Below, piece after piece: positions 40,159-50,289 of a DNA stretch of 64,000 nt. Source of the DNA: a bacterium (lineage in GTDB: Bacteria; Zhuqueibacterota; Zhuqueibacteria; Residuimicrobiales; Krinioviventaceae); contig CAXXMD010000003.1 in NCBI GenBank assembly GCA_963675755.2, positions 3,328,001 through 3,392,000 of the forward strand. Direction: 5' to 3'. The stretch's first letter is position 1; the number at the start of each line of letters is the position of its first letter. The position numbers and the translations under genes were made by a program. The notes under the pieces were generated by a model. The model was not told where the DNA came from. It searched no databases and saw nothing but the letters and a program-made list of their open reading frames with translations.

Positions 40159-40958
40159 GCGCATTGCATAAAACATTGGCGCAAGCCGGACAAGGTTTTG
40201 TTGAATTTCTGGTACATTTGACTCGTATCACCAAGCTGAGTGGACAGGCATTGTTCTGGATTTTTGTGGCGCCATTTACCGGAAGAAAAATTCGCTGGCA
40301 TTTGACATTTGTACAAATGGTAAAAATTGGTGTCAATTCTGTACCTATTGTTAATATCATCGCGTTCAGCGTGGGATTAATCATTGCCATGCAATCCGCT
40401 TATCAGCTTGCCAGGTTTGGCGCTACTATTTTTGTTGCGGATCTTGTGGGTGTTTCCATGACGCGTGAATTGGGCCCCCTGATTACGGCTATAGTTATTG
40501 CCGGAAGAAGCGGCTCTGCTATTGCAGCCGAGTTGGGAACAATGAAAGTTGCTGAAGAAATTGACGCCTTGAAGACTATGGCGCTTGATCCTATTGGTTA
40601 TTTGGTGGTTCCCAGAACTCTTGCTATGCTTATTGTTTTGCCCTGTCTTACAGTGCTTGCTGATTTTGTAGGCATTGCCGGTGGTTTTGTGCTGGCTGTA
40701 GTGAATTTAAAACTGCCATTTATTGCCTATTTTAATCAAACGGCTGATGCTATTATGTTCAAAGATTTTCTGACCGGGCTGATCAAGAGTGGATTCTTTG
40801 CATTGATTATAGCCCAGATCGGTGCATACCAGGGATTCAGCGTTTCCGGTGGTGCTGAAGGTGTGGGCAAGTCTACAACTGCATCAGTGGTAACATCAAT
40901 TTTTATGATTATTTTTGCTGATTTATTGTTTACAATGCTGTTTTATTCAACGTTATAG
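40155..40958 (+). CDS. mlaE: Mla/Mce ABC transporter permease
   Basis: RELGPLITA...GRSGSAIAAELGTMKVAEEIDAL, GGAEGVGKSTT. Confidence 0.92.
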   Translation: MSALHKTLAQAGQGFVEFLVHLTRITKLSGQALFWIFVAPFTGRKIRWHLTFVQMVKIGVNSVPIVNIIAFSVGLIIAMQSAYQLARFGATIFVADLVGVSMTRELGPLITAIVIAGRSGSAIAAELGTMKVAEEIDALKTMALDPIGYLVVPRTLAMLIVLPCLTVLADFVGIAGGFVLAVVNLKLPFIAYFNQTADAIMFKDFLTGLIKSGFFALIIAQIGAYQGFSVSGGAEGVGKSTTASVVTSIFMIIFADLLFTMLFYSTL

Positions 40959-40965
40959 AGAGTTT

Positions 40966-41760
40966 ATGTCTGAAAACGGACCTATTATTCAAATTCGTGA
41001 TTTGCATACCCGTTATGGAAAACGGGAGATACTTAAAGGAATCAATCTCGATATTTATCCGTTCGAAACCCTTGTGATTTTGGGACGTTCCGGCTGCGGC
41101 AAGAGTACTTTGCTCAGGCACCTGATTGGTCTTCAAAAGCCATCTCAGGGCGAGATTCTGATTAAGGGTAAAGATTTTGTTAAAGCCTCTGAAAAAGATA
41201 GAAATGAGATTTTAAAAAAAATCGGTATGCTTTTCCAGAGTTCAGCACTGTTTAATTCAATGACAGTGGGTGAGAATGTAGCATTACCCTTGCGAGAACA
41301 TACTCCGCAGAATGATTCTACCATCAAGATTATGACACGAATCAAACTGGGGCTGGTTGGTCTTGCAGGCTTTGAAGACTTTATGCCATCGCAGTTGTCT
41401 GGTGGTATGAAAAAACGTGCCGCATTGGCACGTGCACTGGCAATGGACCCGGATCTTTTGTTTTGTGATGAACCTTCGGCCGGGTTGGATCCCATTGTTG
41501 CTGTGGGGATTGATCATTTGATTTTAAAGCTCAAAGATGCTTTTAAAATGACCATTGTAGTGGTAACACATGAGCTGGAATCTGTTTTTATGATTGCGGA
41601 CCGCATTGCTTTGTTGCATGAGGGCCAGGTGATTTTTCAGGGTACTAGAGACGAGATGAGGGCTTGTACTGACCCTATCGTTAAACAATTCCTTGATCGT
41701 CAACCTGACAGTGAAGATGTTGATAAAGACCAGTATTTGGAATCTCTTGTAGGAAATTAA
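40966..41760 (+). CDS. mlaF: Mla/Mce ABC transporter ATPase
   Basis: GRSGCGKS, LFQSSALFNSMTV, LSGGMKKR, CDEPSAGLDP; likely start MSENG. Confidence 0.9.
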   Translation: MSENGPIIQIRDLHTRYGKREILKGINLDIYPFETLVILGRSGCGKSTLLRHLIGLQKPSQGEILIKGKDFVKASEKDRNEILKKIGMLFQSSALFNSMTVGENVALPLREHTPQNDSTIKIMTRIKLGLVGLAGFEDFMPSQLSGGMKKRAALARALAMDPDLLFCDEPSAGLDPIVAVGIDHLILKLKDAFKMTIVVVTHELESVFMIADRIALLHEGQVIFQGTRDEMRACTDPIVKQFLDRQPDSEDVDKDQYLESLVGN

Positions 41761-41782
41761 AAATTTAAGGTGTTCAGGAAAT

Positions 41783-42682
41783 ATGGAATACAAATCAAGT
41801 GAAATTAAAGCTGGTATATTTATTCTGTTTAGTATAGTTGCTTTTGTAGGTTTTCTGGTGATTATACTGGGTTTGAATAATATACAGGAAAAAGAAATAT
41901 ATCGGGTACGATTCAATTATGTCGGTGGAATTGAAAAAGGTTCTACCGTAAGATACGCCGGTATGGAAGTAGGTCAGATTGTGGATATTTATCTGCCCAA
42001 AGATGACTATCCCGGAGTCGAATTGAAAATGGAAGTGCTCAAAGATACTCCCATCCATGAAGATAGTCACGCGTTTATGACAACAATAGGTCTCATGGGC
42101 TCGTTTTATATCGAGATTACTGCGGGCTCTCCGGATTCTCCCTTGCTGCCTGAAGGTGCGCTGGTCAAGTCTCAAAACGTGACAGGTTTTGCTCAGATGT
42201 CAAATTCTGCAACAAAGGTTACAGAAGAACTATATATACTCTTGCAGCATATGAATGAAGTGATGAGCATGGAGAATAGAGAAAATCTGGGTAAAATGCT
42301 TACAGCAATGACCGAAATTTCTGAAACCGCAAACCATGAGATGCAGGATATGCTGGCAAGTATGCGCATTCTTTCAGAGAATATGAATAAAACAGTAAAT
42401 ACAGTCAATTCTTTACTTGCTCAAAATGACAGTACAATAGCCAACAGCCTAAAGGGTGTTGAAGCTCTTGTTGAAAACAGCACAAATACTGTAAATCAGT
42501 TAAGCACTGTCTTGCAAGAGATGGAATATAATATATCCAACAATCAGGACAACTATTCCGAATTGATGAGCAGTATGAATGTGCTCGTAAGAAATTTGGA
42601 AGAATTTAGTCAAAAGATTAAAGATCAGCCCTGGCAAATGGTTCGTAAAGAAATACCAAGAGAACGTCAACTGGCTGAATAA
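41783..42682 (+). CDS. mlaD: MCE-domain protein with long helical C-terminus
   Basis: N-terminal TM; VGGIEKGSTVRYAGMEVGQI, GLMGSFYIEITAG. Confidence 0.85.
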   Translation: MEYKSSEIKAGIFILFSIVAFVGFLVIILGLNNIQEKEIYRVRFNYVGGIEKGSTVRYAGMEVGQIVDIYLPKDDYPGVELKMEVLKDTPIHEDSHAFMTTIGLMGSFYIEITAGSPDSPLLPEGALVKSQNVTGFAQMSNSATKVTEELYILLQHMNEVMSMENRENLGKMLTAMTEISETANHEMQDMLASMRILSENMNKTVNTVNSLLAQNDSTIANSLKGVEALVENSTNTVNQLSTVLQEMEYNISNNQDNYSELMSSMNVLVRNLEEFSQKIKDQPWQMVRKEIPRERQLAE

Positions 42683-42712
42683 ACATAGATTTTGTTGCGG
42701 GAGAACGATTGA

Positions 42713-43282
42713 ATGAAAAAAATGATCATGTTATTGGCACTGTTACCTTTACTATATTGCAGCAGAATGCCTGAAATTCGATATTTTACCATTAATTACG
42801 AGTTCGAAAAAACTTCTGATACCAAGTATGATGTTTTATTTGTCAAGAATTTCAAAACTGAACCGATATATAATAGTGATAAACTGGTTTACAGGGTATC
42901 TGATTACGAGATTAAATTTGACCACTATCGACGTTGGGTATTGACACCTGCAGAAATGTTGAGCGTGCAAACTCTGAACGATCTTCGAAAATCGGGTTTG
43001 TTTAACTGGGTTACTGATGTTTTACCCCGACAAAAGGATTTTTTGCGTCTTGAGGGTATGGTATTACAATTTGAAGAGACTCAGCAAAATGGACAACGAT
43101 ATGCAAATATTAAAGTATTGTTCAGTTTGCATGAAAACGAGACCGATGATTTGCGCTGGAACAAAGAATTAGGCGCAAACGTGTTAATTGATTCACCTGA
43201 CAGTGAAGGAATTGTTAAAGCCACAAGCCAGGCGGTAAAATTAACAATGGAACAGTTGGTGGATGAACTGATCAATCTCTAA
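42713..43282 (+). CDS. ABC-type transport auxiliary lipoprotein (PqiC-like)
   Basis: Lipobox-like LLYC; 'LVYR...YRRWVLTPAEML' and 'LEGMVLQFEE' patterns; follows the MCE gene. Confidence 0.75.
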   Translation: MKKMIMLLALLPLLYCSRMPEIRYFTINYEFEKTSDTKYDVLFVKNFKTEPIYNSDKLVYRVSDYEIKFDHYRRWVLTPAEMLSVQTLNDLRKSGLFNWVTDVLPRQKDFLRLEGMVLQFEETQQNGQRYANIKVLFSLHENETDDLRWNKELGANVLIDSPDSEGIVKATSQAVKLTMEQLVDELINL

Positions 43283-43364
43283 TAAATACTGAACTAATTC
43301 GCTATTTTAGCGTTGAAATAATATTAAATTGTAATTGCAGTGTTGTTTCGGTTTCGGAGCCTTG

Positions 43365-45695
43365 ATGTCTAAAATTCTTATAATTGATGATGAACCTGAA
43401 ATTCTGGATATTGTAGCTTCTCTGCTGGATTTGTTTCTTGAGGATAGCAAGGTTTTTAAAGCATCCAAGGGACAGATGGGCATAGAGATTGCGAAAAAGG
43501 AACGCCCCGATACAATTTTATTAGATATTAACATGCCCGAGATGGATGGGTATGAAGTATGTGGAACATTGAAAAGTGATCCTGATACACAAAATATTCC
43601 TATTATTATTCTCACTGGTATACAGACTGATTCCCAGAGTAAAATTAAAGCGCTTGATTTAGGTGCGGATGTTTTCCTGCCAAAACCCATCAAAGAGGGA
43701 GAGCTCATTGCGCATGTCAAGGCCATGTTGCGTATTAAACTTGCCGAAGATGAACTCAAAAAAGAAAAAGAACTATTAAATTTTCTCGTTAAACAGCGTA
43801 CTGAAGAACTCAATAAAGCCCATAAAAGATACCAGCATTTATATGATTTTGCACCGGATCTGTATTTTTCTGTTCGAAAAGATGGAAATATCATATCGGT
43901 GAACCGAAACGGGGCCAATTCATTGGGATATAACCATGAAGAATTGGTTGGCAAGCCAATTTGGGAAACTTTTCATCCTGAAGAGATGGCCAGTGTACAA
44001 GCACAAATTCAAAAGATTTTTGACAAAAAAATTATTAACGGAGAATGGGAGTTTCGGCAGGTACATAAAAATGGCGATGTAATATGGGTGCAGGAAAAGA
44101 CATTTTTATTTTTGAATGAAAAAGGTTACGCGCAGGAACTTTTGATTATGTGTCGTGACGTTACCGCACAAAAAATTGCTGAAGAATCTTTACGGGAAAG
44201 TGAACAGCATTATAGGACCTTGTTTGAGCATGGTAACGATGCTATATTGCTATCAAGTCAAACCAAAGATATTATTGATGCAAATATTCAAGCTGTTAAA
44301 TTGTTGGGGTATGACAAGAGCGAATTGATAAAATTTAAATTTGGGACTCTGCTTAAATCATTGAATCCCAAAGATCCTCAACCCCCCGAGTTTTCTGATT
44401 TAAAGATAAATGATCGTTACGAGTATGAAACGCATATTCTGCACAAGGATGAAAGTGTAATTCCTGTTCAGGTTTCCATAACTCCATTGCAACGAAAAAA
44501 TAAAAATCTTTATTTGATCATGCTTCGTGATCTGTCGGAGCGTAAAAAAGTTGAAGAGGAAGTTCAAAAGTCTCAAAAACTTGAATCTATTGGTATTCTG
44601 GCGGGTGGTTTGGCCCATGATTTTAATAACCGTCTATCAGTGATATTAGGCAATGCTCAACTTGGCAGAATGTCACTGGAAAATGGAGGAGAAGTTGATA
44701 AATACTTTGCCAATATTGAAAAGGGAGCTATTCAGGCTACTACTTTGACGCAGCAATTGTTAACTTTTTCCAAAGGTGGATCGCCAGTTAAAAAATTCTA
44801 TTCCATCAAAACATTGATCAGTGAGGCTGTTGAACTGTCTCTTAGCGGTTCAAAGACAGGTTTAAAATCTGAATTGCCGGATGATCTTTGGGCGGTTGAA
44901 GTAGATGAAGGTCAGATTGTTCAGGTATTGAATAATTTGATAATCAATGCAGATCAGGCAATGGCTGATGGAGGTTTGTTGACTATCACAGCCGAAAATC
45001 TGTCAAAACGATCAAAGAAAATTCATGCTGCCTTAAAAAATGGAGATTATGTTAGAATTACTATTCAAGACCAGGGAATTGGAATTCCTCAGGATAATTT
45101 AGACAAAATTTTCGATCCATATTTTACAACCAAGCAGCAGGGCAGTGGTTTAGGTCTGGCTGTTGCTTATTCTATCATTAAAAAACACGGTGGATTGTTA
45201 ACAGCTCAATCTGAACTGGGTAAAGGATCAGTTTTTGAAATTTATTTACCGGCTGAACCGGATTATGTTCTGGAATCTGTAGTTAAAGAGGATGAACAAT
45301 TTATCGGTAAGGGCAGGGTTCTGGTTATGGATGATGAAGAAGCTGTCTTGTCTGTTGTTGAAAATTATTTGACTATTTCCGGATATGATGTCGAAATTGC
45401 CAAAGATGGTAATGAAGCAATAGAGATGTATAAAAAAGCTGCTGACGAACAAAATGGTTATAATGTGGTTATTATGGATCTGACAATTCCCGGTGGAATT
45501 GGTGGTGGAGAGACCATGGAAATTTTAAAGGCGTTTGATCCTAAAATCAATGCGGTTGTTTCTAGTGGCTATTCAAATGATCCGATTATGGCAAATTACG
45601 AGGAATATGGATTCAAAGGTGTAATAGCAAAGCCTTACCGGATGAATGAACTGGGTAAAGTATTGCATAGAATATTTCATAATACCGGTTCTTGA
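43365..45695 (+). CDS. Hybrid sensor histidine kinase (REC-PAS-PAS-HisKA-HATPase-REC)
   Basis: LIIDDE..LLDINMP; two PAS domains; GGLAHDFNN; GSGLGL; C-terminal VMDDE..IMDLTIP. Confidence 0.93.
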   Translation: MSKILIIDDEPEILDIVASLLDLFLEDSKVFKASKGQMGIEIAKKERPDTILLDINMPEMDGYEVCGTLKSDPDTQNIPIIILTGIQTDSQSKIKALDLGADVFLPKPIKEGELIAHVKAMLRIKLAEDELKKEKELLNFLVKQRTEELNKAHKRYQHLYDFAPDLYFSVRKDGNIISVNRNGANSLGYNHEELVGKPIWETFHPEEMASVQAQIQKIFDKKIINGEWEFRQVHKNGDVIWVQEKTFLFLNEKGYAQELLIMCRDVTAQKIAEESLRESEQHYRTLFEHGNDAILLSSQTKDIIDANIQAVKLLGYDKSELIKFKFGTLLKSLNPKDPQPPEFSDLKINDRYEYETHILHKDESVIPVQVSITPLQRKNKNLYLIMLRDLSERKKVEEEVQKSQKLESIGILAGGLAHDFNNRLSVILGNAQLGRMSLENGGEVDKYFANIEKGAIQATTLTQQLLTFSKGGSPVKKFYSIKTLISEAVELSLSGSKTGLKSELPDDLWAVEVDEGQIVQVLNNLIINADQAMADGGLLTITAENLSKRSKKIHAALKNGDYVRITIQDQGIGIPQDNLDKIFDPYFTTKQQGSGLGLAVAYSIIKKHGGLLTAQSELGKGSVFEIYLPAEPDYVLESVVKEDEQFIGKGRVLVMDDEEAVLSVVENYLTISGYDVEIAKDGNEAIEMYKKAADEQNGYNVVIMDLTIPGGIGGGETMEILKAFDPKINAVVSSGYSNDPIMANYEEYGFKGVIAKPYRMNELGKVLHRIFHNTGS

Positions 45696-45828
45696 TGAAT
45701 TTGCTAATTAACTCCGAATTTTGCTTTTCTTTATCATAATTCCCAAAATAATAATTGAGATTTTGTATTTAATCGCTTTAATTGATTATATATAGAGTGG
45801 TCCATTTTTACAATCAAGAGGTTGAGTA

Positions 45829-46422
45829 ATGGATTCTGAAAAAAATAATCAGCTTGGTGCTGTTATTACTTCCTGGCGATATTCTCCACAACGGTCAAAA
45901 AAGTTTTTATATTATATTTTGGGTTTGACTGGTGGTCTGGCTGTCTTTTTAATGTACTATGGGCAGGACCTTTTGCCGCTGTTGAAAGAGATACCCGAGT
46001 ATTTTCTTTATTTTTTTGTGTTCCTGATCAGTCCGTTTATCAAATTTTTTAAAACAAACCGGGGTGACCAGGAGTGGGCTCTGTATGATAAAGGGTATTC
46101 GCTTGTGGTGATGGAAGATGATAAAATTGTAAATACAATTACAGGGTACTGGCAGGACTATTCAACGTGTAATTATAAAGAAAAACAGGTGATTCTAGTT
46201 CCGGCAAACAAGGCTAAAAGAGTGATAAAGATGAATACTCCCAATAATACCCGGGATGTATATATGGTGTGCCGGGAAATGATTTCCATGGCCTGGGAAG
46301 AAAGCACTGTTAAACAGATACAGGATCAACACATTGTCAAGAGTCCACAGCAAAAACATCTGGAAAAATATGAAAAAATGCTTGCCAAACGAAACAAAAG
46401 GCTGTATGGACACGTAAATTAA
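45829..46422 (+). CDS. Hypothetical membrane protein (2 TM)
   Basis: ORF with RBS and two N-terminal hydrophobic segments. Confidence 0.6.
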   Translation: MDSEKNNQLGAVITSWRYSPQRSKKFLYYILGLTGGLAVFLMYYGQDLLPLLKEIPEYFLYFFVFLISPFIKFFKTNRGDQEWALYDKGYSLVVMEDDKIVNTITGYWQDYSTCNYKEKQVILVPANKAKRVIKMNTPNNTRDVYMVCREMISMAWEESTVKQIQDQHIVKSPQQKHLEKYEKMLAKRNKRLYGHVN

Positions 46423-46433
46423 AAGAAAAACGC

Positions 46434-46496
46434 TTGACAAATATATTTTTTTTGCGTAAAGTTAACCAACTGGTTAGTTAAACTAAATGGTTAGTT
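46434..46496 (+). promoter_or_regulatory. Promoter with two TetR-type operator palindromes
   Basis: TTGACA(46434)-17bp-TAAAGT, then TAACCA-AC-TGGTTA (46463-46476) and AACTAA-ATGG-TTAGTT (46481-46496) just before the TetR ATG. Confidence 0.75.
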
Positions 46497-46498
46497 AG

Positions 46499-47125
46499 AT
46501 GGAAAAACATGATACATCAAAAGAACGGATAATTGAAGCCTCCTGGCAGGAATTTGTAGACAGGGGGTATGACGGTGCACGTATGCAGCGAATTGCGGAT
46601 AATGCCGGTGTGAACAAGGCAATGATCTATTACTATTTTACATCAAAAGATAGTCTGTTTGAAAGTCTGCTAAAGTCGATTTTTGAAAAGTTTTTTGGAG
46701 TATTTTTCAGCGAAATAGCGTTTGATGATTTGACAATGGAAGAGCTTGTTCGTGCTTTTGTTGAAAAGCATATTGAGTTTTTGCAAAAAAATCCTCAACT
46801 ACCAAAGGTGATTATTCGTGAATTACACAACAATAACCCTATTACTGGCAAAATCACACGAAAGATCTTTGCCAGTTTGATATTGCAGGTGTTTCAAAAA
46901 GTTGATGAAAAAGTCAGAGTAGCAAAAGACGCTGGTGAAATTCGTGATATTGATGCAATGCAAACGATTTGGAGCATTGCCGGTATGAACCTGTTTTTCT
47001 TTTTCATGAAGCCCCTGCTGGTTCTGGTTTTAGAAGCTTTTGATTTGGAAGAAGATAAAGTGCTTGAAGAACGCAAGCTGGCAATAATCGATTTGTTATT
47101 ATATGGAATATTACCTAGAGAATAG
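46499..47125 (+). CDS. TetR/AcrR family regulator
   Basis: GYDGARMQRIADNAGVNKAMIYYYFTSKDSL HTH. Confidence 0.93.
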   Translation: MEKHDTSKERIIEASWQEFVDRGYDGARMQRIADNAGVNKAMIYYYFTSKDSLFESLLKSIFEKFFGVFFSEIAFDDLTMEELVRAFVEKHIEFLQKNPQLPKVIIRELHNNNPITGKITRKIFASLILQVFQKVDEKVRVAKDAGEIRDIDAMQTIWSIAGMNLFFFFMKPLLVLVLEAFDLEEDKVLEERKLAIIDLLLYGILPRE

Positions 47126-47138
47126 CAAAGGTGAAACT

Positions 47139-48476
47139 ATGAGATGTTTAAAATTGTTTATGGTGCTATTGTTTTTATCCGTTCCGGTTTGGTCACAAAC
47201 GCATCAATTGACACTTGATGCGTGTAAGGAATTGGCCGGTAAAAACAACCCTGATTTGGTAATTGCTAAAATTGAACAACACGCTGCAGATAGCGATGTA
47301 AAACAGTTCCATGCGGATCGTCTGCCGCAGTTGAATTTCAAAGGATCGTATCGTTATCAGAGTGAGGTGCCTGAATTATCGATCCCGCCTGTGGATATCG
47401 GGTTTGGGAATCCCATTACCGTTTTTGATGCCCCTATGACATTGGGTTCGAATGATACCTATGATTTTACTATGACAGTGACGCAGCCGCTGTTTACCGG
47501 GTTTCAATTGAAAAACCGGGACAAGGCAATGCAATATGCTGCCGATAGTAAAAAAGTTGATTATGACCGTCTCTACTCGGAATTGATGTACAAGGTTGAA
47601 ACCGCTTACCGGAACGTACAAAAAGCGGAAATGTTTATTGAAATATCGCAAACCGCCAAAGAACAGGTAGAATCACATTTGTTGGATATGCGCAATTTCT
47701 ACGAGCAAGGAATGGTCCGTAAAGACCAGGTGATGCAGGTAGAGGTAAAACTTGCGGAAACCGAGCTGAGTATTGTGCAGGCAGAACATGCATTGGCAAA
47801 TGCCACAGCATATCTGGAAAATGTAATTGGTGAAGAACTGAATGGCGATATTGAAACAGAAAAAGTAAATGTTGAAAAATTACCTCCTTTGAGTCTTGAA
47901 TCCTCTCTTAATGCGGCATATCATAATCGTCTTGAATTCCAATCATTGGCGGCTATGAAAAATGCTGCCAAAAGTTCGGTCGATGCGGCAAAAGGTGGGT
48001 ATATGCCAACACTTGCAGCATTTGCCTCTTTGGGATATGGTAAACCCGGACTCGATTTTGTTAACAACGAGTGGATGGATTATTGGGTTGCGGGTGCAAG
48101 TCTTGAATGGTCTTTATGGAACTGGGGAAAAACCAGCTCCAAAATCCAATCTGCCAGGCTGCAAGTGAACAAGATACAAGAGTCAGAAGAAAAGCTGCGA
48201 CAGGCGATAAAGTTGGATGTGACCCAATCCGGTTTACGCGTCAAAGAAGCGGTAAAACGTATGCAATTGACAAAACAGATTGTTGATCAGTCTGAAGAAA
48301 CTTTTCGAATTGTTGAAAATAATTTTAAACAAGGTATGGCCAATAACAGTGAATTCCTGGATGTACAAATGGACCTGACCCGTGCCAGATTACAGTCAGC
48401 ACAGGCCCAGGTTGATTATCTGATTGCATTAGCCAATCTGAAGCGTGCAGAAGGAACAATAAAAGAGGTTAAATGA
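47139..48476 (+). CDS. TolC family outer membrane efflux protein
   Basis: Signal peptide; TQPLFTG and EWSLWNWG repeats; likely start at 47139. Confidence 0.9.
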   Translation: MRCLKLFMVLLFLSVPVWSQTHQLTLDACKELAGKNNPDLVIAKIEQHAADSDVKQFHADRLPQLNFKGSYRYQSEVPELSIPPVDIGFGNPITVFDAPMTLGSNDTYDFTMTVTQPLFTGFQLKNRDKAMQYAADSKKVDYDRLYSELMYKVETAYRNVQKAEMFIEISQTAKEQVESHLLDMRNFYEQGMVRKDQVMQVEVKLAETELSIVQAEHALANATAYLENVIGEELNGDIETEKVNVEKLPPLSLESSLNAAYHNRLEFQSLAAMKNAAKSSVDAAKGGYMPTLAAFASLGYGKPGLDFVNNEWMDYWVAGASLEWSLWNWGKTSSKIQSARLQVNKIQESEEKLRQAIKLDVTQSGLRVKEAVKRMQLTKQIVDQSEETFRIVENNFKQGMANNSEFLDVQMDLTRARLQSAQAQVDYLIALANLKRAEGTIKEVK

Positions 48477-49369
48477 TGCAAAAATATATCTATTATTCTG
48501 TTATGCTTTTCACTTTACTTGTATTCTTTTCATGCAGTAAAAACAATGAACAAACCTTTTACAGTTCAGGTACTTTGGAAGCTACTGAAATTGTTGTTGG
48601 CTCTCAGGCAAATGGAGAACTGCTTACTCTTGACGTAGAAGAAGGCGATGCTGTAACCGTCGGCCAGGTCATTGCGCGGGTTGATACGGAAAAACTGGTT
48701 TTGCAGGAACAGCAGCTTGAAGCAGGATTACTGGAATTGTCATTGAATCGTGTGAATGCCAAACGGTCTGTAGCATTGGCTAGAGAAAATCTGGATAATG
48801 TGCAGAAAAAATATGATCGCATCAAAGCACTGCTAAATGGGGGCAGTACAACTCAGCAGAATTTTGATGATATAGAAACCGCATTAAAATCCGCTCAAAC
48901 GCAATATGATAACGCCAAAACCAGTCTGAATGTTTTATCTGCCAAAGAGAGCCAACTGGAGGCACAAAAAGCGTTAATCAAAAGCCAGCTAAAAGATTGC
49001 GTCATTACTTCACCAATTGATGGTGTTGTGTTGGAAAAATATATCGATGCGGGCGAGCTGATTCGAATGGGCAGCAACATTGTCAATATTGCGGATATCC
49101 GCAAGATGTGGATCAAGTTTTATATCACAGAAGCTGATTTTGGCCAAGTGAAAATTGGTGACAGTGCCCGGTTTGTTAGTGGTATTGAGCCACCCAAAGA
49201 GTTTACCGGTAAAATAACCTGGATCTCTCCCAAAGCTGAATTTACACCTAAAAATGTGCAGACCCGGGAAGCCCGTGCCGATCTGGTTTATGCGGTTAAA
49301 TTAATGATTGATAATCCTGACGGTGTGCTTAAAATTGGTATGCCCGGTGATGTTTATCTTGAAAAGTGA
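48473..49369 (+). CDS. HlyD-family membrane fusion protein (YbhG-like)
   Basis: SGTLEATE, ITSPIDGVV, ISPKAEFTPKNVQT, LKIGMP. Confidence 0.9.
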   Translation: MMQKYIYYSVMLFTLLVFFSCSKNNEQTFYSSGTLEATEIVVGSQANGELLTLDVEEGDAVTVGQVIARVDTEKLVLQEQQLEAGLLELSLNRVNAKRSVALARENLDNVQKKYDRIKALLNGGSTTQQNFDDIETALKSAQTQYDNAKTSLNVLSAKESQLEAQKALIKSQLKDCVITSPIDGVVLEKYIDAGELIRMGSNIVNIADIRKMWIKFYITEADFGQVKIGDSARFVSGIEPPKEFTGKITWISPKAEFTPKNVQTREARADLVYAVKLMIDNPDGVLKIGMPGDVYLEK

Positions 49370-49370
49370 T

Positions 49371-50285
49371 ATGATGTTAGATATAGAAATCAAAAATTTG
49401 AGAAAATCCTTTGGTGATGTCACCGCGGTGGATGATTTGAATTTACAGGTAAAACCCGGTGAGATGGTTGGACTCATTGGTCCCGATGGAGCAGGCAAAA
49501 CCACTACCATCCGAATGTTATGCGGGCTCTTGTTTCCTGATAGTGGATCGGCTTCTGTATGCGGATTTGATATCCAAAAACAGTTGGATGATATCCGGGC
49601 CGTGATTGGGTATATGCCGCAGCGGTTTTCACTTTACCCCGATCTGACGGTTGCGGAAAATTTGCGCTTTTTTGCCGATCTGTTTCAAGTCCCCAAAGAC
49701 GAGCGGGAAGATCGTTTACAGCGTTTGTTGCAATTCAGCCGCCTGGGACCCTTTTCCAAACGGCGGGCCAATGCATTATCCGGTGGGATGAAGCAGAAGC
49801 TGGCCCTGAGTTGTACGCTGATCCATACACCCCGGTTGTTGTTCCTGGACGAGCCCACTACCGGTGTGGATCCGGTTTCGCGATTAGAGTTCTGGCAGAT
49901 CCTCAAAGAGCTAAAAGAAGAGGGTGTAACCATTCTGGTGACTACTCCTTATATGGATGAAGCCGAACGCTGTGATCGGGTAGCATTCATCCACAAAGGA
50001 CAAATACTGGCAATTGAAGAACCGCAAAAAATACCAGATTTGTTTACTATGCGCTTGTTTGAATTGCAATGCAGTGATTTTGTAAAAGCTGCACGTATTC
50101 TGGAAAACAGAGAAGGCATTGCATCGGTGCAGATTTTTGGTGATCGTGTGCACCTTGCCGGTCAGGATGAGCAAAAGCTCAGACAAACCGTGGAATCTGC
50201 AATGATGAGTGCGGAATTGACTGATTATAAATTAAATAATATAGTGCCAACCGTTGAAGATGTATTTGTAGAATTGATGCGATAA
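49371..50285 (+). CDS. ABC transporter ATPase (YbhF N-half-like)
   Basis: GPDGAGKTT, YMPQRFSLY, LSGGMKQKL, LDEPTTGVDP. Confidence 0.92.
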   Translation: MMLDIEIKNLRKSFGDVTAVDDLNLQVKPGEMVGLIGPDGAGKTTTIRMLCGLLFPDSGSASVCGFDIQKQLDDIRAVIGYMPQRFSLYPDLTVAENLRFFADLFQVPKDEREDRLQRLLQFSRLGPFSKRRANALSGGMKQKLALSCTLIHTPRLLFLDEPTTGVDPVSRLEFWQILKELKEEGVTILVTTPYMDEAERCDRVAFIHKGQILAIEEPQKIPDLFTMRLFELQCSDFVKAARILENREGIASVQIFGDRVHLAGQDEQKLRQTVESAMMSAELTDYKLNNIVPTVEDVFVELMR

Positions 50286-50289
50286 AATT

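Noticed and set aside
43307-43954. 215-aa antisense ORF and the many other nested antisense ORFs in the track
   Set aside because: They lie opposite well-supported genes and show no recognisable domains.
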